A stretch of DNA of 64,000 bases from Lingula anatina (lineage: Eukaryota; Animalia; Brachiopoda). How positions within the stretch are numbered: the first letter of the stretch is position 1; each line of letters opens with the position of its first letter. The stretch is taken from assembly GCA_051362555.1 (NCBI GenBank), contig CM120640.1:42138788-42202787 (forward strand), written 5' to 3'. This document shows positions 26,339 to 39,044 of this stretch, in pieces. A program made the position numbers and the translations under genes. Under the pieces are notes generated by a model. That model worked only from the letters and a program-made list of their open reading frames with translations. It made no database searches and was not told where the DNA came from.

Positions 26339-29300
26339 GCCACCATGAAATGAAAATATTGGGCGTTCTCGATTACCAGGAAGCTCTACACGTTTTGTCA
26401 AGTGTTGCGAATTAATATTTTTTCAGAATAACATGCCACAGATAAAATATCAGGATGGTATATTTTTCAACAGAACCTTTTTGCCTGAAAGGAAAAATTA
26501 ATCACCTCACCTCTTTAAGCTACATTTGACAAAAACATGTCTGTGTTAACTTCACTCCCCGGTGCAAACATTTCCATCACTAAAGATTTCCTGTAGAATC
26601 ATCTTTTACTGTGATAAAACACATTTGCCAAGCCACTCACGTTTTGTTACAAATAATTCTGCATCCTCAGATCAACCAAAAGACGACTTTCGCATCTGAA
26701 ACCTACCTAATGCGCAAAGTCAATAATGGAATCCCCTAAAATGCGCTCTTCGTTTTCACCAAATTGGTTTTCTAGGTAATTAAATAAAGTACGGATAGAA
26801 GGGAAAGTATATATATATATATTAAATAAACAGTACGTTTGGGAAAAGAAGTTTAACGTGGCTTCGATGCAGAGAAAGTGGCATGTGAAACCTTTCGGGC
26901 GCGGGGTTATCGACGTGAACACTCTAGCTCGGTGCTAATGCAAGCTGTTTGGGAACGAGATAAGTACACTAATGCACACGGGCTTCACTTATCGAGGCCC
27001 AACACTCTATTGCACATACTATGGGACAATTTGATCGATTTACCCTTATTAAGTAGATGAACCTCTGGGGTTATGACTCTTCAAAGGTGGTTACGTGGTA
27101 CTGGAGTGCCACTGGGAGCAATTCCTGACGTGTGAATCGTGCTCTCCACGAAGTGGAGGAAGTTTCAACTCAACTGAAAGCCAAAAAGTAGCGTGACCCC
27201 CTGCCATTGTTGGTCGTGTCTAGGCCTTTAGATACCAATGGCCCGTACCGGTTAAATAAGCTTACTCAGGTATTGGTATAAGGAGTTTTAGTATTACCAA
27301 ATGTTTAAATATTGGTAATATGTTCCCATGATTCTGAAAAGTATACCTCGCAAGTGCAGAAGGAAATAGACTTAACGCTTCAACTGCTTGCTGCCCTATG
27401 CCTTAAAGCGACCACTAGGTTTCAGAAGATTTTAAGTGGGTATATCTGTACTTACATGCAATCACCTTCGTTAAATTTTTCTCATACTGCATTACTTCCA
27501 TTACAGTGATATGGCTGCCTCGCGGGAGCAATTAATATAAACTGAATGCCTTGCAAACTAACACCATCTGACTAACTATCCATACGTATACAGTTCTGGA
27601 CATCACAATCACTGCGTGTTCGAAAGCGGTGCATTGTCCTCCTTTAAACATCCCCCTTGTAATAATGACACTGGTTTAGAGAGCATTAAAATAGGCATAA
27701 CTTATACATGTATAGATATATAGGGCCTAACTGCTCCTTTCCAGATTGCCAAAATCTGAAAATCTGCTTTGGTCAGTTGCATGCGACCGGGCAGTGCAAC
27801 AGAATAAGATGTTGGTACAGTTCACTGGTTTGGTGCACCGTCGTCACATGTGTCGACCTTGGTTATAACATCCAGTCAGTGATTTTGAAAGGAAAACATG
27901 CTGTACGTTATTACAACTTGAGCTTTGACAGATGACTTGTGTTTTATATTCATAATATCATTCTACCTAAATACGTTATGTCTATATACTCACCATGATG
28001 AATCGGCTCTCTCATGCATAAATTAAAACCGCATCAACAAATAACAACCGCTCCTGCCGATTTTTCATTAAAATGACCCAGTGATACAGTGAACGCCGTT
28101 GTCGCACCCTAAAACAAAATGTTAGTACAAAATAAGACGGGCAATAAATACGCTGTCTCTATCCTCATTATAGGTGCATGATTGATGACAGTGACAACAA
28201 AGTAGCTATACAAATAGTCCCCAGTTACAATCAGTTTCCTTTAATGTTATGAATATGCTTACCCGTTTGTCAAATAATTCTTACCGTGAGTCCAGTTCCA
28301 TCTATTGACCAGTTACAAGGATTTTTTTGTCGCCGTACAATACATTGGCATGCTACCAAAATTGTAGAACGCTAAATTATCAGTAAACTTCCTATAAAGG
28401 GAGCAGGCATCCACGCCATAGGCATGCAGCCTGAATATGTTACCGAGACACTTTCAATAGCTGACTTATAAATAGTTGAATACAGGTGATCATTCACTGT
28501 ACGGTATATAAACAATGACGCATACAGACGGCAAGAGTAAATTACTTCGAAGCTGCACTATGAGGGTGCCATCAGTTTTTCTATACTCCATTGGATGATT
28601 CAAAGTCTATATTTCCTTTGCTTCTCTTGCCTTTGATTCGTTTTAGCGATCACTGCAGCTGCTTCTCAGAAAATTCTGCTGCGGAATATATTTTTGAGAC
28701 TGCCCATTATGCATACTCATGTGACAACTGCAGGTTTCCAATTATCCTATCGGTGTGATTATTACGGACGAGTCAGTGCAATTATTGATATCAGGCAGAC
28801 TGTCGTAGATGATGCTTAAAAGCAAGTCTCTTAAATTGTTTAACACGGCACATTCAATATTCTTGCAAATGATACCTGTGGACCCACAGTTCAATAGTAC
28901 CTTTCAAATGTCTTAATCATATTAATCATCGCACCCTCTCTCTCCCTCTCTCTTTCTCTCTCTCAATCCCTCGTATTGCACACGCCCCCTTTTTTCTCAC
29001 CTGACTTGCGTCTCTCTGGCGCAAATGCACGCATAGGAAGAGCTATATCGACTGAGGCAATGGCTATGCCAGCGTTTGTTTAAGTAATACTCGCAAAATG
29101 ACGATAACAAGCGGTTATTTTGAGACGGCAACGGGTCAGAATTTATGTATATACATGTATTTACGTGTGTTCACAGACACATCACGAAAAAATTGATTCA
29201 ATCTTTCTCCTCATAGCCTACGAGTGTAATCGGTACAACAGTCAAATCGTTATTTTGGTGCTAAATTAGTAGCACGCCACGCCCATGTTTGATACAGAAG

Positions 29301-31400
29301 ATAGCACATGCAAATCATTAGATAAAACCACGGGATAAACACGGTTTCAGAACCAAAAATCATATTTTTGAGAAATAAAAATAGAAGTGGTTGGTTATGG
29401 AGTATTCTGTCAGTCATGACTAGACTTGCTTGAAGGGAAATAAGATGGACGACAGTATAGGCCGTCATTCCACATTGGGGTCGGGAGGTAAATCGATTAT
29501 AATTCATGCAGTTGGCCTAAATCACAATAAGTGGATCAGTCCTATGTACCGATACTGGGTTTTATTGCTCTTCCAGTATAATGTAAATAAATAGGTTAAA
29601 GTAGTTAATCCAACTATACAACAAGATATATACACCAAAATGTAAGGCTACAGTTCAGTGAAACCATGTTTTGTCGATCAGGACTATTACATAAAGCAGC
29701 AATCATACCCGTATTCCGCGTGTTTAACTGACTTATCTTCATCATCAGTTCTTGCATTGCCTAGAAAGTCACATTTGATCACAAGACGTACAGGGAGGTA
29801 TAAATAAATTGTGTAATAAACTGAGGTCATTCTTTGATATGAAGCAATGCAATACTAACGCCAATGTGGAATTATATACATGATGTTGCACTTGTAGAGC
29901 TTGGTGGTTTGTGTTAAGAGGTAATGTTTAACATAGATATGTTTATGTTCTGGAGTTTAGTAACGAAGATCGAAGGATTGATCTGTATACCTTGTAAAAT
30001 TGTTAGTGAAAAAGATGATGTCAGTTGTCAGATGGACACAAAAATGTGCACAGTTTCTCTCAAGCGATAAATACGACGTATCTGTGTGCGTGTTAGTGTA
30101 TTTTACATGTATTATGGCGTGTTAGTGATTGTACCGTTTTCGTTGCCTTTAACGGGAGTCTTCCAAATTGGTATCTATCCCAATTTACATAAATCTTCAA
30201 ACTTTCTAAGCAACCCATTGACCAACCATATATCTATATAAGACAATCATTGAATCAATCTGGCGTCTTTCTGGTAAAAGGTATCGATCGGGATACATAA
30301 TATAACTGTCAGTGTCTTAGTGAAATATATCGCTTAGTACATTTTCTCTTCAAGATCAACGGAAAACACAACGAAGGTAAACATTTGTGAACCCCTTTCC
30401 TTTTTATCAAAATTAACGTTACAGGTTTGCAAAAAAATGTACATGCAGACTGCTGTTATATCGTCCTCCCGAAACGTGGGACTAACGTGCTGAGTTTCGA
30501 AATGAGTTCCATTAAAGGAATATGATGATGAACACGCAATATACATGTAGGTCACTTAACTCTAGCGTTATTAAGCACAATTTGCTTTTACAATTGGCCT
30601 TCATATTATAACTACTACCGGTACTATGTTTCTGTCTACAAGTAACATGTTAATGGTAGACCACATATACCATGCTTAAACAGGTGTTCCTAGAGGATCT
30701 CATTCAGCACTCACCAGTATCCAATTACAGAATTCATTTCAAACGGTGGATATGAATTGATCAGGAACACTGTCTGCATAACAACCGAACGAGTTACCAC
30801 TTGTTTCTTCAATTGTTGCAACAAAGATGCATTCACAGGTGGCGGTGCTAATGTCTTGTAGTAGAAAGTGTAATAACCTTTTTCTAGCGATCTATTCTGT
30901 ATCACAGGATCCCTTGTTCTATAATCAATTAAAAGTGTAAATGCGAAGCATCGCACCATCTGCTTCCTCTCTAAATCTCAGCCTTCTGTTTGGTTTGCTT
31001 TCAAGACACACAAGTCGAAACTTAAAACTGTTCACAAAGCAGAAACCCCAAAAAAGAAAAAAGAAAAAAAAATCCGAGGATTTCAATTTAATAAGTTGTT
31101 TATGCGTACATATTTTGAAGCCATGTAGCATGGTTGCATGACGGATGTACATGCATTTACATTTGCATTGGAAGACAGTGCATTTTAAAATTCGTATCGT
31201 CAAACAACAGCATATGCTGGGGTATAACGAAGGCAAGATAATGGAATGAACATGGTCTACAAATCGCACAATAAACTTATTGACTGAAGTTTTTGTAGCA
31301 TGTAACATATGCGTGAACATTAAACATTGATCATTTTTATACAGTATGCAGGACAACCAAGTGTGAAAGCTATTCTGAAACTGCAAACACCACATCAACA

Positions 31401-31604
31401 TCAAACATTCATAGGTTTTGTCCCATCAGGTGTGTTTCTGATCAAATGGATTCTGTATACACAATGGCACGTACTCCATAAAAGCATCCATGTCCCATGC
31501 GGGTTTACGAGGATTAATTCGGAGACCGTTGGAAACTTTAAAACCCCACTGTTCCCAGAGAGGATTTCCCGTAAATAGCCAAAGGACTTGGAATCGGCTT
31601 GCAA
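31401..31604 (-). pseudogene. Possible hAT-type transposase C-terminal (dimerisation) remnant
   Basis: SGVLKFPTVSELILVNPHG resembles the G.LKFP.LS.L....L.IPH(G/S)NA motif of hAT transposases. The downstream ERxFS motif is not recognisable. Confidence 0.3.
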
Positions 31605-33592
31605 TCAGCGCAAACACCTGTCGAAACACGGAATTGATTTGTTTATGTGTAGTAAATTACAACAGCTAAGGATCTTCCAAGTGGAGATTAAGAAAACAGT
31701 ATGACATCATTTTTGTTATGAAATGAATTCAGACAACAACAACCCTGTGGTAAGCCATCTTATTTATCTCATACAAATACACCAACTAATTGCCTCCATG
31801 CGTTGAATGATTCATCAATGTTGAAAAGACCTATACACGGTTTTTCCATTTTTAGTCGAGTTACAATGAAAAACCACAAAGGTAATGCTTATAGAGTCGC
31901 TTAAAGAAGCTACCCTCTTTTTAGGTTAATTACAAATGCATGTCATTCCTAAAGGCATATTAAAACTTTACTGCAATGGTTTCATCATGGTTTAATGAAC
32001 CACGTATATATTTACTATATATTTTCAACGTGCCGCTCCTGTTTATGAGGTAAACAACAAAAATAGACAAACGTTTATGACTTTTTTCTTTCATCCCTTT
32101 AGAACAATGTGGTAAATGAAAGTGCACTATTACATATTTTTTTCTAAATTGACAGTAGGTAAAGTCAAATATGGTAACATTGGAAATTTCAGTTTCATAT
32201 GTCATATTTTCGCCATGCCTGATGTGAATTTTTAAATAACAAAAAAAAAAATGCAGTCCTTAAAGTCACAATTTTTACTCCTGAAAACAATTACGTTGAA
32301 AGTCAATCAAGGTCAAACATCATGGGTCCCTTGAGAGTTGATAATGGCTCAGATGGCGTCCAAATTACCCTCAGGAGGATTGATTCGTTTATGAGTAATG
32401 ATAGAACGGAGCTGGAAACAAGATGGTCTTGTTTGATAACGTTTGATATGTCCACAATCGTAAAATTAACGATCTATACCCACAGAAGTATAAAAAGAAG
32501 TTAATTTTACAAAATTATACATTATCGTATTGCCTGATTGAAAGAAATCAAGTTGGAAAACAATTGGACTTCCTGTGTTGGTCATCAATCATTTGGATCA
32601 ATACGTTTTGTTTAAGTTCATATGTTAGCATCAAGGCCGTGTGACGTGGGTCATCTTTGTATACGAGATGGTAGCAACAAGAATGGTTTCATATCAGTCA
32701 CAATCGAAATGCTTTGGTCACTTTTTGATAAGGACTTTGTTGTTTAACAGCAGATTAAATGATATGGTATAATCCTTTTCCCCTCCGATGCCCCATAGGA
32801 TTTGCGGGAAGACTCGCCCCTTCTTTGAAAATTTGGCTCAGATTCATAATTTCCCAAATGTGTCAAATTGTAAACAACGTTCCGTGATACATAGAGTCAC
32901 CGACTTTGGGAGGTTGCTCCACTTGTATTACAATTTTACCACAAAGGGACGTCATCACGAAACAAAATGCAACCAGACAGCATTAGCCACGTTTCACCAC
33001 ACGTGTTAATACACGCATCTATTTAGCAGAGATATTATCTCATTGCCCAATGTATAAGATATTATCACCCACAAATTTACATCTGATATTCCTTTAATTT
33101 ATTCACTGTTTGGTATTGAGTTGTACATTCAATGGTTTGATAAAATGTTGGAACTACTGCGGTACTTGAAATCATCTGATATCAAATTACTTGCTCGCAC
33201 GTCACCATAGATTATACTGGTATGCTTCGAAGAATCTACAATACACTTTTCAAGTGCTTCCGAGAGTCCGAATATTACGTTTCATGGTTCTTATCACACA
33301 TGAGCCTCGTTTTTTTTCATGAGGAAGTTTCACGTGAATATTACTCTGCATTGCATCGAGTTAGCGTATATATGTTTTTACTAAATAATTAAAACACTTC
33401 AAACGTAAGGAACAAAAGCAAGTTGACCAAATAAATAAAATTCTTCACAAAATCTTGCAATAACAAGAGGGTCGAATTTACTGTAGGTATCTTCTTGCAT
33501 TGGTGACGGAAGCACGCCCAGCAGTTTGGCTAACTACAATATATTTGCCGATGGCAATACTTCAAATATTGGGTAAAATAAAGTGTTTTGCA

Positions 33593-36500
33593 TCACACTC
33601 CCCACTTTCTATATGTAATCCGCCTTGCGACGTTTTCGTTAAGCAATCCCACTATGACGTCGTCGCATTTAACTTCACCTAGTTCAGTAACAGTAATTGC
33701 TTCATCTTGGATGTCATCTTTGTCCATGTCTTTACATACACAGCAGTAGTGGTCTGTCCTGGAAAGAAGATCATCGTTATTGAAAGGAAATAAGTGAAAA
33801 CAATGTGGAGAGGCATAATGATTAAGGTTGGGGAACAGAATGGCACCATTACGTAATACTCCGCATAGTCCCAATAACCCATATTTATGCCAGTTGGGAT
33901 TCAAATTGAATCAATTTTTGCCTTGTTTAAATTTATTACATTTCTTATCTCAAAAGACAATTAAAATGACAATGAACAAGCACGCTAATGTAGTATCCTT
34001 AACATGTCTTAAAGGTCGTTATAACATCTGAATCAAATTGAAAACCTATATTTGTACCGGTACTAGTATACCTACATGAACTTACTGCACCGTGATCAAC
34101 AACCCCGGCGGAGAGCGGAACGAAAAGATTGTGGAAAACGGCAAAACATGACGTCAAATATCGGGCAATTTTGTTTGTGTCTGTAAATCATGATAAAATG
34201 TCGTATGATCACATAAAATAAAATAAAATAACAATTCCTAGAAAAACAATTCCAAGAAACAGAAATAGTAAATGAATAAACATGCTTTGTAACAATTGCT
34301 GTTTAATAAGACGAAGTTTACTGTGATGACTTCAAAACGTGCGTTTGTATTCTTGCTGTGAACTAAGTACAGCTCTACAGTATCTCGAAGCGTATTCATG
34401 CAGCCTTTAAAAACCGCATACATGTACTAACCTGTGATAGCGCTGACAACCATTCCAACCATCACAACCACCAGTACTCCAAAGCCACTGTACCACAGGT
34501 ACGATAACTTGTACAGGCCATTCAGCGGGGAACTGAAACAAAATTGGTTGCATTCAGATTTCTAGTTGTTACCTGCAAGGTACAAGGCATACCTGATAAT
34601 AATGAGGTTGGGGATGATGGCCATTGAAGAAAGACCTTTCTACGGCCGTTGTGATTTCAATTTACAAAAAAAAAATCTACAACACGCCTCGGTCGTTTTC
34701 TGCTTTCGACATGTAATACAGTCGCGTTTATACCAAACCAGTACCTGGGGCTTGCATGTACATGTAGCCACTCATTCTGCTCAGATTTTTAACCCATGCA
34801 GAATACATAACTCTGACCATCTACTGTGCATTGCTCATGGAATTTGTCCTCTTTGTGTAACTAAGATATTGTTGTTGTTTTTTTCACTGCTACAGCCAGC
34901 TACATCAAAAGTTTTGTGAAAATTGTGTTATTCAAATTTCCAGAAAAAACAATTGTACCTCTAAGTTGTCGAAATACTGCATCATTTTACCGGAAATGTA
35001 CGTCAGCGTATCTGTAGTTCTAAAACTTCTAAATATTTAACGACCAACACAAGGGCGGCTCTTACTTAACACTTTCTAAACAGATTTTCATCTTTGATAC
35101 TTACACATTGCAGTCCGAGTTTCAACGGCTCATTTGATTTCTTGTGTAAACACAATTGGATGAATCAAACAAACAACGGGATTGAGAACGAATAGAGATA
35201 GAATTCCTTTTAAATATTTACAGAATGCTTTGAAGTTCAGCAAAAATTAAAAAAAAAAAAAACGATAAAAGCATGAGTATCTGAGATCACCTTTATGCAG
35301 GAGATAAGTGTCCCTTAAATTATATAAAATAATACTTTGTGTACTAACTAATTAGGTGCTGGAGTGACCATGGGATATGCAATAGTAGTAACTGCCGTAG
35401 TCACATTAGTGAGAGATTAGTTCACAGCAATGTAGCCACCAGTGGACTCAGGCGCTGTCCAGACGATGGACGATGTGCATGAGAACCAATACCAATCCAG
35501 AAACAGAGAAGAAGGCTGGTGATAAGACCGGATATCGCACCCTGCGAATGCGAAAAATGAGTGAAATTGGGTCAAAAGTTTCCAAATCCTAAATGGCTGT
35601 TAGACATTATTGTTGCTATTACATCTTTTTTATTTCTTGGAACACTAATTGGATGTATTTGATTGTCAATCAGTGGAAATGGCCAAGTACTTACATGAGG
35701 CGAATGCGAATACTACTTGTACCAGTTTGCTCACTTTGACTTTCAATTTTACACATTTCGCAAACACCACTCACTACCTTCCAGTTGGCCCAGGGAAAGA
35801 GAATCCCCAAAGTAAAAGTGCCCAGTACAGGGCCGCCTACCATACTACCTAACTTAAGTGCTGCCTGGAGAAATGACAAGAAAAGATCTAAGTTAATACA
35901 GTGTGTGAAATGAAATTGATGGCACTCCAGCACTAATGTCCATTTAAGTCAACAATAAAGGTACAGTTCTTAATGCACATTTCTCATTCTATCATTTTAA
36001 ACAAACAATTCTTTGTATCAGTAGCAATATCTACCTGCAGCACACCTCCAAGTTCAACCGCCAAAAATGCCAAACCAATTACGATACCACCAAATACCGC
36101 AGCTGACATGCAGGTATGGCGTTGAAATCGACGAATTATTCAAGGTAAGACCCCATTCCCAGAGATTAGATCGATCCAACTAGATCGACCTAACTCCCTG
36201 GGGGTTCACGCTAAATAGCTGTCAGCCGAGCGGGCACGAAAGTTGTAGTAGGCGGGACGGACATTTAAGCCGGATTATCTGACAGTAATCTAGTGAGACT
36301 CCCCACGGGGATAGATCGATCTAAAATCTCTGGGAATGCCCTCTAATATGTAACAATACAATTTCGGATGCAAAACACTGGACATGTACTGTCAGAGTCG
36401 TAGTTTTTATAGTTTGGTTGAGAACCTAAGTTTTGAATGGGTTGACAGGAACAGTAAAATTGCCATTATTTCTAAAATGGAATTTTATCACTTTTAGATA

Positions 36501-37716
36501 ATTGCCTGGTGCTTGACTTGGTATAAATGAGCTCAAATGAATAGTATAATCTTTTGATCTGGTATCAGCAGTCTGTAATATTCGCATAGGTTAGTATTAT
36601 CTACCAGAAACCTGCTAGGTTATGAATTCATTTCTGAAACTGTGTAGAAATCTTCGCAGGACGCCGTGCAAAAATGTGCACAGAATTCGCCAGAGAAATA
36701 TCTGTAAATAAAGTAAAAAATCTCTCTGTGGTCCCGGTAGAGGATATACGTTAAGCAGGTTTACTTACACATGCTTTCTGATATCAGAGTGGCTCTCCTA
36801 TCAGACATGCCTTTACAGCAGAATTCCTTAAACAAGGCATGTGAGGAAACTGTGGCCAGGCTGTTGACACCGGAAAATAAGGTGCTAGAAATAGTGATAG
36901 GTTTATTAGAGTTTTCAATTGGTTTTTTATTCTTCTTACTTCCTCTAATTCATTTTTGATTTATGTCAAAATTCAGTTCAAATTTCAATTATATTAATAT
37001 CCAATCATTTGGAATATCTTCATCGGAGTTATTTCTTTTCACATGACAATGCGCACCTAAGCGCCCCGCCGAAGAGACAGGCGACAAAGAGGCCTGGCAA
37101 ACCAGGCGCGAAGGCTAGTTTATCCATCACGAAGAACTGCAGCAGCTAGGAGGAAATATGACGCATGCATTAAGATTATTTTGCAAAAAAAAAAAATCAC
37201 TGAATCATGCAAATTCGTTCGAACATATCTTTTTCTGTAATTAAATCGTGGTCACTGTACGCCTTTTCATAGCGTGCCAGCATGACGCATGCACAACACC
37301 TAGAGGAGATGCTTCGCACAAACAGAATGGCCTGGACGGTGCGTAGGCCTATATATCCTTTAGAAAACGGGTCCAGCGAATGATTTACACGACACAATAT
37401 ACAAATTGGTGGGTCGTTATGTAAATGTCGAGCTTAAAAATGCATCCTTATGTACAGATTAAGTGTTGTTTCTCTAAAACCCGAAAATTTGTATATAATG
37501 TATCGCTTCCCCTTTGATATCAGAGCGTCCATTGTGTTAGATGAGCCTAACACATAGTAAAAGAATAAAAATAATAAACTAACACCACACCATCCTTCTC
37601 ACCATTCAAACATAACATAGTATTGTACCTGATCCTGGTTGGTAATATCTTTAGTCATTGGGTCACAGATCAAAATGGCGATCAAACCTGGCACGTTTAT
37701 CTACATGTACGTGGCT
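33593..37716 (-). pseudogene. SLC5 symporter pseudogene (copy D), exons 7-15 only
   Basis: Exon homologues: 37716-37629 (45-nt and 3-nt deletions, 6-nt insertion, TGG>TAG), 37145-37057, 36884-36769, 36102-36035, 35864-35778, 35541-35349 (1-nt frameshift plus TAA), 34532-34432, about 34168-34086 (5' part and acceptor lost), 33758-33593. No homologues of exons 1-6 were found between 37716 and copy C. Confidence 0.9.
36149..36343. mobile_element. MITE of about 195 bp, PIF/Harbinger-like (TAA on both flanks), in an intron of pseudogene D
   Basis: Imperfect TIR CATTCCCAGAGATT..AGATCGATC / GATCGATCTAAAATCTCTGGGAATG, flanked by TAA. A related half copy lies at about 57597-57706. Confidence 0.7.
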
Positions 37717-39044
37717 CTAGAAAGAAAACCCTACGATATTGCGTTAATACGTTTGTACACACAGTTCTTGCATTTCTCAGGGAATTCTGTACGCATACGG
37801 TTTAATATCCACTTAAATTATATATACGGTATGGGAAAATACCATAACCTGACGTTTGTTCCAAATAATCTTTCTTTTTGAAGGAAAGCATACAAAGTTG
37901 GAGGTCTGAAACTAATATTTGAATGGCAACACTTTGAGTGTTTCCACTATTGTTCTCTACAAAAGCATGGAAGACTATGTTTCATTTTAATCAATATAAA
38001 TGATATCCAGCAATCCAAAGAAATCCTCTTGAACAAAACGAATGTTACCAAAACGGTCTCGCACAGAAAGGTTGGCTTTTTTTTACTTTGTTACGTACTT
38101 TGTTTTCTTACTTTGCTCCTGTTTTCTTTTATCAATGTGTTAAGTGGGAGGTAATAAAGCATGTCGTAAGCATTCATGTCGATACTGTTACTAGTGGAGT
38201 GAGAAAAGTATTGGTAACATTTTATGTACCTAATCATCTTCGGATTTCTGGAGGCTGTCAGTGTGGGTAACATGTTCTGTCCCTGGTCATGGATATACAT
38301 ATGCACCGAGTGTGATTTCCCAGTAACGCATATAAACTACTTCTACTAGTTTCTTATATGACTCAAATAAAGTCGACATACCAATGGATAAAATGGGGTT
38401 TGGCAGGTAGCAATATTTTAAGACCACCTGAAAATTGTGACAGTATACTCCAACAGTATTGCCAAAAATAGTCATGGTTTAAGGGGTATCGATGCGTCAT
38501 AAAGGCTTAAATTTGTCAAAATAGCTTTCGTCCGTTTCTTTTGTGAAATACAAATCTTAATGTTAATGTAATTTACACAATGATCGGTTGCCTAGTTATT
38601 ATGTTAAAGTAAGATGAAATATATGGGTATCCTTGTACATGTAACAATGTACTGTACATAAATGCGGTAGGGGTGACTCCTTTTTTGCTATAGGGGAGTA
38701 TATATGAATCCACTGTTTGTCTGCCCTGCAAACTATGGCATAATAATTGCTCTAATAATGTAATGTGCCATATTACATGTATATGTACTTCTCATGTTAT
38801 GATGGAATATTAGTAAATTTCTAGCTGAAATATGTACAGTGATAGTTGCTGTCGTCATTGTGTGTCGACCAATCAAACGGAATTTCTCTTTAAACACATT
38901 TTCAAAAATATTAGAGCATCGATTTTTTAAAAAAATTATTTATTTCTTCAAAATAATGTACAATCACGTTTAATTCAAATCAATTTTTCTTTCAATTCAG
39001 TCCAGTTCTGAAAAAGTGGAAATTTGACACACGTCATGACATTC

